64,000 nt of DNA, taken from contig CP000070.1 in NCBI GenBank assembly GCA_000002445.1, positions 896,001-960,000 of the forward strand. Reading direction: 5' to 3'. The translations under genes and the position numbers were made by a program. Below, one piece after another: positions 1-11,345 of the stretch (positions within the stretch are counted from its first letter, which is position 1; each line of letters opens with the position of its first letter). The notes under the pieces were generated by a model. The model ran no database searches and had not been told where the DNA came from. It worked only from the letters and a program-made list of their open reading frames with translations. This stretch comes from Trypanosoma brucei. Its lineage: Eukaryota.

Positions 1-3000
1 TACGAAGGCTGTCTGACTTCGAGAAGACACCGAGGAACGAATAATACGCACAAGCGCCCCAATGTGGCGAAAAGCTACTTCAAGGGGTCTGGTGAAAAAG
101 GTAAGATCTGCACCGATGAGGGAATTTAAAATTCCAAATTTAAGAAACAGAAATTGGGTAAAGGAAAATAAATGCATCAACGACCATCGTCACGTGAAGC
201 AAAACTCGGTAACCCACGGTTCAGTCAACCGATCTGCATTTGGGTGTGTATGGGGGGGGGGGCGCAGCGGTGCCGTGCTGAATAAATGATAAAATCATGT
301 ACACCTAAATCAACGACTCCTTCCATCTGTATCGGCTCCCACAGATCATATGCCATAAGATTCAATTCTGGAAGTGAAAGTCGGTACATGTACTTTCACA
401 CAAAATTCAGATACTGTGAACATTAGCACATGGTTTATGACATAGTTCAGCCAAGCGAAGGGTATCCCGGGGGGTCGAAGTTGCACACTGGACTTCTTTT
501 CTTTTTCCAAAGCAACAAATTCTCCTAAATGTAACTGCGGATACAATGTCCACAGGCTTGAAATTCCAAACACTAAGTGGGAAATGGCAGTAAACCGTTT
601 CAACGACAACTAAGACCGAACCCCCAGAAAACTTTGGCAGAAAACACAACCACTCGTGAAACAAAGAAAACTTGCAAACACAACGGTAAGCTCCGAAAGT
701 CACCGCAATGTTTATTCATGTTTTCCTGTGAGTTTGAAAACCTTTAAAATAGTGCTGTTGAGGACCTTGTGGAGCCCAAACTCCTGAGAGCGAGTCAGTA
801 GTTAAAAAGGGGCGGAAGTTCAATACTTACACAGACGTCCAACGAATTTTCTATCCCGAAAGCACTAGCAACTGAAGTACAGTGTTATGTGAACGGCGAA
901 AGGGGGGGCGTGAACATGGCTTCCCACCTCTTCGCATCCGAAAATCTCTTGCCACACTCCATCAAGTGGGTTAATTTACGTTTTCGGGTGTAACGACACC
1001 CTCGCCGCACCCTTGTACGCTCCAGCGATCGCCATATCCGACACAACCTCCTTAATTTAGCATTAGCACTACCAGGCGATCCCAAAAGTTAGCCACCAGG
1101 ATTAACATTTCCTCGTTGTTTCTTTGAGCCCATCTTTCCATAACCGTTTAACTCCAACGACTGGGCTCGTTGCTGCTTTGTGTGCTGCGACGAATGTATA
1201 ATGAAACGTCGTAACATAGTCACACAGGTGGGAAATGGCTGGCAACTCACCTGACTAAAAACAAGGGGGCGCCGACAAGTTAAATCGCCAACTGAAAAAA
1301 CAACCGGACCCTACGCCACATCGCAGATACACACACCGGTACTCTTGTTCAGTGCATTTGTATTTCAACAGTGCTATGAAGCCGCTCGGCACGGTCCACA
1401 CAAGGCACCTAAAGGGGGTTCAGATCCTCTTTTACTCACTTAAATATGTTAAATAAGGCCATCCCTAGCATAGATCCGCGACCACAGCACCATGCAATGG
1501 AAATAGCAACCCTATCCCCCACTCATCTTCAAGCATGTGCACCAGGTAAGCTCATTAAACTGCAAAGAACTTCACTGAAACGCGGAACGGTAACACCACA
1601 ACCAGTTCTAATAAAAGAAATGTTCAGAGGCACTTCTCAATCCCCCACCTCACCCTCTCCAGAACCAACCCCTCATACCCACCGACTACGAAAGTGAAAA
1701 GTGGCGAAGCGCCCAAAACTGACACGAGGAGTGGGCAGCACGAAGCTACGGTGAGAAGGATCATAAAAGTCAGGCGGGCAACCACGCGTATCCGCTGGGT
1801 CAATATCTAAAAAAAAAAAAAGAGGTTGGCTGACCAACGGGCAGGACGCACCCTGTGCGACAAACAACCTGCAAAGATGGAAAAAAAAAAATGCGCCCCA
1901 CTTCCGAGCGGCAAACCAACCCAAATTTCCATACTCCAAATCGGTATACCCCTGCCCTCTTCCGACCGACGGAAATGTTTTCCCGACGCCGTTAGCAGAA
2001 ACACCGCGAGTCGAAGGACATGAGGGGGCGAACCGGACCGGAACAGGCGCGGAGTCCCCTTCCTTTATAACGGCCGGGCTTTCCGGGTCCAACTGGAGAA
2101 CACCAGTTTACCAGCGAGGAAATCGCAGAAAAAAGGTGCCAGGATTTTGGTGCTCGTCAGGGCAAGGGAGCTTCTCTCCAGTAGAGGTGCCCCGCTCGCT
2201 ACGTCGGCCATCCGCTGGCCTTACTGACCCGAGTAGTTTCTAGTTGGAAGAGCGGGGCGACGCCATCACCTCTCTCGTGGAGGTGGGCTCGCAGGGGGAC
2301 GCCTTATAAAGCCGTGTGTTTCTGGTTGCTAACGGTTGCTTACTCGTAATAACTGCAAAGCCCCGCCATCTTCCGCTGACCGCAGCAGACTTCTACGAAC
2401 CCACACACACACACACAAACCGCCCTCATTACGGGTATTTTCCGAGGCCTCAGGCGCGGGTGGTGGCACGTGCTGGTGTTGTGGTGGACGGTGCCTCGTT
2501 TTCGGGGGAATTGAGCTGAGAGGACGGAGGATTCGCTGGTGCGCCGTGTGGAGGAGAAAGCTGGTGTTTCCGTTCCGTTTGGGGAAGGCCACTTCGTTAC
2601 ATTGTGGTGGGCTGCACTTCCTACATATTCCCTTGGATAGGGAAAGCTTCCAACGGTTGGAATTTGAGGACGGTGCCCGCTAATTAAGTTAGTCAATTTC
2701 GGATTGGCGAGAGATGGCCTGCAAGAGGCTCCTTCTCCTGGTGGTGCCTTAGTGCTAGATTCGCATAAGGGCTGGTGTTGAGTTGAAAAGTGGGTTCTTC
2801 CGCTCCCTCCACACATTCAGTCGTTGGTCCCGCACTGCGGGAGCTAATAAAGGAATTAGACCTTATGAGAACGGCGGAGCGGGAAGCCGCACTGGGAAAC
2901 GGGGTTGGAATGGTTTCTTCCAAAGTTCTGAGAGCCGACAGAAAAAAGACACCATCGTTGAGGGCGGTTGACCCAACACCGAGAGGCAAAAGACAGAACA

Positions 3001-6000
3001 ACGCACCCCACTTCTTTCGCAAACGTTCCCATCTTCGTGCTACTGATTCGATTCGAGTGGTTTGGGACGTCGTTGAGGGCAAGAGCCCATCGCCTTATCA
3101 AGCGTTTTCACCGTAATGGGGTCCAGCGGTCATTGCCCAACGTGAGAGAAGACAGGGGCCTTGTGCTTCACCAGGGCCACTTATAAACAAGTGTATTAGA
3201 CCGCGGCAACACGGAACCAGGCACGGCGTCTAAATGCACCTGAAAAAAAAAAAAGCGAAATTTACACAGTTTTTTTTTTCTACCCACCACCACCTTGATG
3301 CTTTAAGACTTCCGGTGGTTTAACCCTCTTCCGGGGCCTCAGTTTGTCAAACAGTAGGAAAAGGTCGGAAGGAAAGGTGTATTCCACCATTCGCGTGAGG
3401 TTGCCCGGTGCGGGACGTGTGGCTTTGTACTTATCGACGTGGCGCGTCGGGATATGGGGGGCTTTAAAAAAAAATGAAAAGTATATATATCAAGAGTTGC
3501 CCCCCAAACTTTCGGTAACAGAGGCGTATGAGAGAAGAAAACGTCAGCGCGTAGGATAAAGGAGGGGAAAATATGACAGCAAAAAATATGGAGGGAGGCC
3601 ACTGCAGCGACAGGCATCTTCGTGCGAAGTCCGGAACCTCAACCTCGAATTGCAGAAACAGGATGTCAAAATGTGCCCCAACCCGCGCTCTTTTGCACCG
3701 AAGTCGTTTGGATGACGGATATCGACTCATTGTGGGAATGCCGGCAAAAAAATGGGGCAAAAGGAAATGAAGATAAATTTGAATACTACGATAGTGTCCC
3801 GGAAAAGCTATCATAGCACTCTCAGCTCCGGCACGGCCGTGCAAACATTCATGAACATAAGTCCTCGTGCAACGGATTAGGGTGTGCCGCCCAGTAACTG
3901 ACTGCGTTGCATGGTAGCGTACGTGTCGCGCGTGGCCCGCTATCATGCCCGTAAATTTACATCTTGGCGATTGCAAAAAAAAAAAACGGTCATCAGTACC
4001 ATTACGAAGAATAAGTCCGGCTAAACTGAAGAAGATTTCGAAGATTGGGGCAACGAGCCCGGGAGGTTTTACTAGAAGGGTGCTGGGAGGTATTGTGAGG
4101 GTGTCGGTTAGCATCGGCGGCCGCTGCTCGTGAATAAAATCCTATGCCCAATTCGGCGGAAAAGCAATAACGTGGCGTCGGGTCCTGTCGCATTGTACAT
4201 TCATGGGCAGCGGAGAGTTGACAGAAATTTACATCTGCGGAACGCCACTTCCGTGCCTCCGCCCAGGAAATCGATGCATTGCACAGCGTGGGGATCAGCC
4301 GTGTCGTGTTGGAACAGCATTTTCTCTCCCCGTTGGTCGCTGGGCGCACTCTCGTACACTGCCCGCAGCACTACCCGCGCCAAGGAGCTTTTGGAACCGC
4401 AAGGCGCAGGCGTGGGGGGGGGGGCGCACGCCTTTGACGAAAGTGCAAGGACAAGTCAACACACAAAAAAATATAAAACGAACGCAAAGGCATTTCTTTG
4501 CAAATGGACAATCAGGGGTGAGTAGGGGGCGAAGCTGTTACGCTCGCATGGGAGGGGCTGCGGCCGCACCGGGGAATGGGGCCCAGGCACAGGCTCCAGT
4601 TGAAATTCTTCGCCGAAGTGTCGCGACAGCGGATCCACAAGTTTGGGGGGCACTGGTGCCTCGACAGGTCTAAACATTTTCCACAATAGGGGAAGAGGAC
4701 GTGCCAGTTTGGGCTCAATGGAAGTGGGAAGAAGGGGCCGCCCCTCTGGCGAAGTGACTTCGGGGCCGAGATAGCAACCAGAAACCGGGATTTCAACGCG
4801 CATGAAGGAGCGTTGCGGGTCAGATAGCGCTGTGTTGCTAGGGGATGCGGTATTGGGTGGTCAGTGCGATGAAACCTTCAGCATCAGCAGGCAAAGCTGG
4901 AGATCCCCCTCAGCAATTTGTGAGCCACGCGCAGTTTGAGTGAAAACAGGAAAGGGCGGACCCCAAAGACGGGCGACCAAGGAGAGCACCAAACAGATGA
5001 TTTTGGAGTGCAAAACGGGAGAATAGTTTAGCCTCACAGCTGACTAGGCGTTTTTCAGAAGTTGGAAGTAGTGGGCGAGTATGCTAAGGAAAGCGGTCAT
5101 TACTTTCAACACCCCATCCCTCGCTTACCTTCGAAGCTCGTGTGGTCGAAAGTCGATGACTCGCCCGCTGCCACGCGTTCCAGAGCGTTTGAAGAGTTGG
5201 CAGCTTTGATTTCCATTGGGATGGGGAACTGAAAGGTATCACATCACTTGGCTCAGTGTTAATATCTGGCGGTATTACACCTGGTGTGTGTGTGCGTGGA
5301 TGTGAATGTGAAGGGGGGGGGGACCGTCAGGGGAAGAAGTTGCTTTCTTAGCCACGTAAGGGGATCTTAGTACCCCTCCCCGAAGACAAGAAGTTTGTAC
5401 GGGCATGAAGGGCTCTCTTACATGCAACGAGTACTAAGGAGGAAGTTAATTGCGGGGCTTGGAACTGCCTTCGCAATATCTCGAAAAAGTAATGCTGCAC
5501 CCAGTTTAGGGACTCCAGGGACCCAACACCTCATGCAAGTACATGCGTCTCTGTAGTCTGCCTCCTCCCTCGAGCTTTTCTTAGCTGCACCACTCCCTTT
5601 TTTTTAAAAAATCCCGAAACAAAAAAAAAGTAAAGGGATTAAATGTGATTAGCAAGGAAAATAAATGAATGCTTGTTCGGTCGTATTCAATTGAGCTCCA
5701 CAGCAGAAATCACATTGGGACGGCAACGGCGACACCGACCAGCAAGAACGACAACCAAATCCTACCACCTTCGGTCGAGGTATCGGCAGGTTGGATGAAA
5801 TAAACATCTCGAGCAAACACATTGCTGAACCCCCTTCTGTTAATGGTCATCCACGCAAAAGGAGAGCAGGAGAAAGGACAAACAAATGCGTCTGGAGGGA
5901 ACACACTAATGATACGAACCAATGTTCCAAGCGACTAACATCAGCGTTGTTTCTACTCCCTCCTCCTTCCTTCAGCCAAATGTACATGAAACGTAAGCAA

Positions 6001-6879
6001 AGTTGCCAGTTTAGGTGGAATTTATAATTAAACCACCTTGGCATCATGGGCTACCAAACTGTGCGGGTTGAAAAGGAATTGTCTTCAAGGTTTAAAAAAA
6101 AAAAAGATATTGGCATTAGCGGGGGAGCCGATGCGCCACGTCTGCTCTGCGGGCGCCTCCTGCCATGAAACCCCGTTCGGACCCAACACGATGCATCGGT
6201 ACCGCAAGAGCGGAACTGATCCCATCCCCTCCCACGGCAACCGGTGCAATTCCCGCTTAATTCGCCTCCCTGTGCCGTGCCCTACGGTTCGTACAATCCA
6301 GCTGTTCTACGCGGGGAAATAAGTATTCAGACCCGCAGCTCCTTACCCAAACAAAACAGAGAAATGAGAGAGGCGTGACGCGCGATACGCACAAAAAAAA
6401 GAGCTGCAATAATGAGGCAGATAGAAGTTTACAGCCCCACGATGATGTGCAAAAAGAAATGCGAAAGGTAATTGAACTCCATCGCTGTTGCACGCGGGCG
6501 TGCATGTGAATCAAAGTGACATGATCTGGTCAAATTGCCATGACATGCGGGAAAAGCAAACACCGGACGGGTTAATAGGAACACGTAGAACAAATTAACG
6601 GAACAAAAGAGAGCACCGCGACAAAAAACGAGATGATCACATATTTAGTCGACAGGAGTACGGAGCACCAAAAATCACCGCCTCCAATGCGAGGGTGCAC
6701 ATAAGTAAATTAAAACACAATACCGGCCGTTCACTTCCATGAACAAAAGCAAAATGAAAAGAAAAAAGGCAACATTAGGAGTGTCGCCCCCTTGTCCGTA
6801 ATCCGGTGAGAGCGAACTTGGCCCTGGTTTGTGAAACGCAGGCATCGGCAACGGCTGCCCAGTTCATTTCGAGCAACAT

Positions 6880-9360
6880 TTACTTGTATAATCCCCGCAC
6901 GAAATTTTTAACCCCACTCCGAAGTGATTTGGCCGCCTTCCGAACGATTCCTCGTGAATTTCCATTTTCCGACAGCACTGGGTACGTGTAGGGTTCTAAA
7001 GCAACACCGGTCGTTTGAAACTTGAGTATGGCATTCTCTTGTAAAAGGAACGGGGCATCGAGTGCGCGGCAGAAGTCCTTGTCGAACTCGATCACCGCAA
7101 GATGTTCACTATTCTGTTCGGCATTTGTATCCTCCTCCCCGGACGTGTCCTGCTCAAACGTGAGCTGTTTCACGGCACATATAAATTCATCGTGGTACTC
7201 GCCCTCATTGTCTTCGGCAGATATGATGAAAGTCAGCGCATCACTTGAGGTTACGGGAATACCGTCCTCTCGCAATCGGGGTACGACCAAACTGTCCCAT
7301 GCCTTACGCACAGCCTGCTCGATCTCAGAACACGGAACACCTACGGGAATGCCCTTTGCTATAAGGGCGCATCCCCAGTTCTCCACCGGCACAGGGCGTT
7401 TGAGAAAGGCTTGGCTCATAGATGGAAAGTGTATGTCGATGTTGCGCCCGAGCAACAGTTCAATATTCCGAAACTTGCTCTTGTCTTCGAACGCGTTTTC
7501 ATAACGGCGCTGAGTTGCAATCACCATATTGGATGCAGCCGCCTTTAGGCCGCAAATACCCCGCAAAATGTTACTGTGCATGGCGGCCGAGTTGGTGTAA
7601 AGACGCGCAATGGTGTCGCCGTTGTAAACATACAGTTCCGAGAGGGCCCGACCTATGGCGGCGGGGTACAGTGACGGGTTGCACGCCTCCTGCCACGTGG
7701 CCACGGAGTCCCTTCGAGGGGAACCGCTTAACTGCAACATTGCTAAGGTGGTTTCCAGAGGTCTCTCGCCTTCCTGCTCTTCTAGCGGGGGTAGTCGGTT
7801 CTGATCGACGAAGCTGTCGGGCTCCAACCTGAGATAGGCTAACATATTTAATGTTGATTGGAAACAGGTGTAAAAACACCCAATGTTTGTTCGATCCAAT
7901 GAGTCGGCGCAGTTCACTCGCACAAAGCTGGTTTGGCAGGAGTTCCGCGTAACGCCTCCATCAACGCCTATGGTTCCAGCGGTAACCAGTTCGTCTGTAG
8001 AAAATGTGGCGAGCAGGGTTGTCCAAAAGGTTGTAGTGGTGCGGTCAATACCCTGTTCCTTTAACATGTTGAGCCAGTCGACGTGCACGAGATCAAGTTG
8101 AGACCCCGGAAACGCCTGCTGCAGCGCCGCTTGTGATTTCGTGACGGCTTCTGTAAAGTGTTTTGTCAGAGCTTCCTCACTGCTATGATGACTTTGACGA
8201 AGCATATTGACGCAGCGCAACCTGGGGCCCCTGCCGGTGAGCTGTTCTCCCGAGTCGTACCTCATGATGGCAACCAGTTGAGTGAAGACGAAACTGAAGT
8301 ACGAATCGCACCCTCGGAGAACTTCTTCCTTATTTTGACTGAACATCATTGCTGGCTCCGAGATAGTCTTGCTGATTCGTGTTGACCAATGTACGGGAAC
8401 CGTGCCCCTAAGTATTGTGTGTTTGGCAAACTGAATAGGGCCATTGCCACCGCCCTGTCTCCACATCACATACTCGTACACGTGGTCGTTTCCCACCGCA
8501 TTGACTGCGTTCAATCCTCTACCGAAGTACCGGGGGCCTGGATTGAGGTTATTTTGTCTCCCGCACAGCAACACATGAAGGATTGAGCCGTCTTTAAGCA
8601 AAACCTCCTTCTCCGCAGCGAACCCGCGGAGCAACACCGAGCAACAACTTTCAACGCCTGCTGTTATAAACGGTTTTCGTAGCTGCCTTGACCAGTCACT
8701 GTGAAACTGTGGGCCGTTACCGTCTTTTGATGAAACGAACGGAAACGGCCGCCGTAAGTCGCAGTCATCCGAATAGTAATAACCCCCTTCATGGCTATAG
8801 GTCTCAAACTCCTTCAACCTATTTCTATCCCCCGACGTCAGGTACAGGGGTTCCGAACCGGGAATTCCAAACGAAATCCACTCCGTGCCACCAACCCGGA
8901 GGATTGCGCCACCAAATGGCAGCACCGCAGCCTCCTCAACTTTTGTAGCAACAAGGAAATACATCCTGTCGAGACGTAGGCATCCGAACAACGCCGCAAA
9001 CTCCACAAAGGACTCGAATGGACCACACTGTCTGTATGCGTCTCTCAAATTTGGAAACTCTCTATGGCAAAGCTTGTCGTAGCGCTGAATTTCTCCCCTT
9101 TCATCGACCACCAGCGGCACGCAATATGAACCGGCAGACCACTTTTGCCACTCCACCTCGTTTCCCGTTGCGGTTTCAGGTTGTTTGGCCACTGGTGACG
9201 AGGGCTTTTCAAAAAACATTAGCAGTTCCGGCTCTTTGGGAGGAGGCGGTGGCAACGGGCGAGCAAGAACTACAAAAAGTATACTTGTTCCGTCCTTTAC
9301 AGCCACGGCACACCGCTTGCGCGGGCTCTTCTCCACGTACATTTTTTCAGCCCTATTCAA
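6880..9360 (-). CDS. SAC-domain phosphoinositide phosphatase, Fig4/Sac3-like (826 aa)
   Basis: Long minus-strand ORF. It carries SAC catalytic motif CX5R(T/S) as 'RVNCADSLDRTN', plus 'RYFGRGLN' and 'LRGTVPVHWS' blocks that resemble the Sac1/Fig4 blocks RYFSRG and RGSIPVFWSQ. There is no C-terminal TM segment. The size and the catalytic Cys position (about residue 480) fit Fig4 better than Sac1. Confidence 0.7.
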   Translation of the reverse strand: MNRAEKMYVEKSPRKRCAVAVKDGTSILFVVLARPLPPPPPKEPELLMFFEKPSSPVAKQPETATGNEVEWQKWSAGSYCVPLVVDERGEIQRYDKLCHREFPNLRDAYRQCGPFESFVEFAALFGCLRLDRMYFLVATKVEEAAVLPFGGAILRVGGTEWISFGIPGSEPLYLTSGDRNRLKEFETYSHEGGYYYSDDCDLRRPFPFVSSKDGNGPQFHSDWSRQLRKPFITAGVESCCSVLLRGFAAEKEVLLKDGSILHVLLCGRQNNLNPGPRYFGRGLNAVNAVGNDHVYEYVMWRQGGGNGPIQFAKHTILRGTVPVHWSTRISKTISEPAMMFSQNKEEVLRGCDSYFSFVFTQLVAIMRYDSGEQLTGRGPRLRCVNMLRQSHHSSEEALTKHFTEAVTKSQAALQQAFPGSQLDLVHVDWLNMLKEQGIDRTTTTFWTTLLATFSTDELVTAGTIGVDGGVTRNSCQTSFVRVNCADSLDRTNIGCFYTCFQSTLNMLAYLRLEPDSFVDQNRLPPLEEQEGERPLETTLAMLQLSGSPRRDSVATWQEACNPSLYPAAIGRALSELYVYNGDTIARLYTNSAAMHSNILRGICGLKAAASNMVIATQRRYENAFEDKSKFRNIELLLGRNIDIHFPSMSQAFLKRPVPVENWGCALIAKGIPVGVPCSEIEQAVRKAWDSLVVPRLREDGIPVTSSDALTFIISAEDNEGEYHDEFICAVKQLTFEQDTSGEEDTNAEQNSEHLAVIEFDKDFCRALDAPFLLQENAILKFQTTGVALEPYTYPVLSENGNSRGIVRKAAKSLRSGVKNFVRGLYK

Positions 9361-9991
9361 AAACGAGAAAAAAAATCAATAGATATACAAATATATATAA
9401 ATGTGTACGTCTGTGGGTACCAGGGTGGCCAATCAACGCGAGTCTTCTTCCTTGTGTGCAAAGGGCCTTATTTCCACAGTGGTCACCCGACACCAACTTG
9501 GTCGCACTCCTTTCTTCCTTCCGCCTACTCCTCTTACCGAAAACGAAATAAAAATGTAAAAAGGGTAAGCCATACGAAAAATAAAGAACTATTATTGAGG
9601 GGGGGGGGTTGCGTCTGGCACAGCTGACTGACGGCACATACCCTCAATTCCTCCCCCATTTCCTTCTTCTTTCTCCGCTGACAATTCCGAGAGTACCATC
9701 ATTAGTCATATTTGTTTTCTTTATTTTCTTCTCGTTTTTGTTGCTATTTTGAGGACGTTGCGGAAAAATGAAGACCCTAACGGTTAAAAGGGAAGAAAAA
9801 CGATACGATTAACATACACACTTGCACACATGTACATATGTACACATAAAAAAAAAACTAAATGGCTAAATAAATTAAACAGTCTAAAAAAAAAAACACT
9901 GATGCAACAAGACGTTGCGGTGGTGCTTATGCACCGGAGAGAGAAGGATGGGGAAAAGAGAAGACACGGATCGTAGTTAAGGATCAATCTG

Positions 9992-10930
9992 TCACTTTGG
10001 GATGTATTTCTCATTACCCACCGCCTCATCCATCCGCTCCAACCACGGCTTGATTGTTGTTGCTTCGATAATTTCATTGTATAGTCGATGCCCTCTGACG
10101 GACTGCAGCACACCGTGGGTGTCCAAATCCGCGAGATCCGGCTTGGAACCGCCATGAAACTTCTTTTTCCCGTCGAGTAAACCCTCCTTAACAAACCTGT
10201 CAATTTCATTATGGAGTTTCACCTTTGGATCGTCCGTGGGGAGCAAGTCCCCGCTTTTTAGGAGTCGTGGTTTCGTGACGTACTGCGCCACGAGGTACAT
10301 GACCGGTGCACCCACAAGTTTTAGAAAGATCTTGTTCTTATACGGGATAGTTTCGATGTTGTCAATGTACGAGTATGACCCCCATGAGTTTAGGAGGGAT
10401 GAATTGAATTCCAATGTTAAGAGCCGAACCATAGGCCCACGAGCCCACTCACGCCATTTCTTAACTTCAGGGTCCTCCAACTGCTTTCCCATTCCTACGT
10501 GTTTCGCAACGGTACTGACTATTACCTCCGAATCCACGAGGAAAGGACCGTCATCACCCCTTACACAGAACTTCAGCTGTGGCACCTTCTTGTACGCACT
10601 CATGGATATCTCCTTTTTAAACATTGGCTCCACCTCCACACACTCGTATCGGATTTTGTTGTAATCGAGAAAACTCTTCGTGGTGGCACAAAAAGGGCAC
10701 GTTGAGTAGCGGTAGAGAAGAATGGGTGGGCACTTCTTTGGGTCGGTGATATGCGACAGTGCAAACTGCAGCTCCGTCTGGTCCTGCGCAGCGTTGAAAT
10801 CCTCAGCGGTGCAACTCCTGTTTTCCTCCAACCGCCGCTGATATGTCACATAGCCGCCAGCAAAACCCAAACCCGCCAAAGCGCCTGTGGCACACAGAAG
10901 CTTCCGTGACATGGACCCCTTTGTGAACAT
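9992..10930 (-). CDS. Prostaglandin E synthase 2-like protein: N-terminal membrane anchor, glutaredoxin-like CPFC motif and a GST-C-like domain
   Basis: 312-aa ORF. N-terminal hydrophobic stretch 'LLCATGALAGLGFAGGYV', then 'LYRYSTCPFCATTKSFLDY', a thioredoxin-fold CxxC as in mPGES-2, then a GST C-terminal-like region. Confidence 0.55.
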   Translation of the reverse strand: MFTKGSMSRKLLCATGALAGLGFAGGYVTYQRRLEENRSCTAEDFNAAQDQTELQFALSHITDPKKCPPILLYRYSTCPFCATTKSFLDYNKIRYECVEVEPMFKKEISMSAYKKVPQLKFCVRGDDGPFLVDSEVIVSTVAKHVGMGKQLEDPEVKKWREWARGPMVRLLTLEFNSSLLNSWGSYSYIDNIETIPYKNKIFLKLVGAPVMYLVAQYVTKPRLLKSGDLLPTDDPKVKLHNEIDRFVKEGLLDGKKKFHGGSKPDLADLDTHGVLQSVRGHRLYNEIIEATTIKPWLERMDEAVGNEKYIPK

Positions 10931-11345
10931 AACTGTTGTGTCTCTCCCTACCCCTTTATTTGTATTTTTTGTCTAATCTTTTGGTCCTTCGCCCTTCCTG
11001 CTTGAAATGATTGGCCGAATTCTCTGATTCTCCGGAGCTACAAGGGAGCGTAACGGTTGTGAAAGATAACAGGAGGATGTGCATCACGAAAATAGGAATT
11101 AATCCAGAGTAAGAAGAAAAGAAGAAAATGGGGGAATGATAAACCCAACGAACCGGGCAAACGAGGTGACAGCAAAGCCATAGATGGCGCTATACGAGAG
11201 AAAAGGAGTTATAACGATATAAACGTTGTGACCAACGTCGAAAAAGCGTGTGACGTTCATCACCAGATGAACCAACGAGGTTGCGTAACGTGCTTCTGTA
11301 TGCATTGATTTGGCCGTATGTACGTTTATGTGGAGATTATGCTCG

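Noticed and set aside
2040-3200. Three 'cttataaa' TATA-like boxes in the GC-rich block as a Pol II/III promoter
   Set aside because: Trypanosomatid protein-coding units lack TATA promoters. The motif is short and could recur by chance. I kept it only as a note under the gene-desert finding.
3464-4114. 216-aa minus-strand ORF inside the gene desert
   Set aside because: The translation is low-complexity (F/L/I/R-rich) with no motif. It is probably a chance ORF in GC-rich non-coding DNA.
1-6879. Search for tRNA, SL-RNA or snRNA genes in the gene desert
   Set aside because: No A-box/B-box (GGTTCGANTCC or its reverse complement), no SL-RNA 'tctgtactatattg' core, and no U6 'acagagaagattagca' were found by eye. 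'gattcgattcgag' at about 3047 lacks the GG...CC context of a tRNA T-arm.
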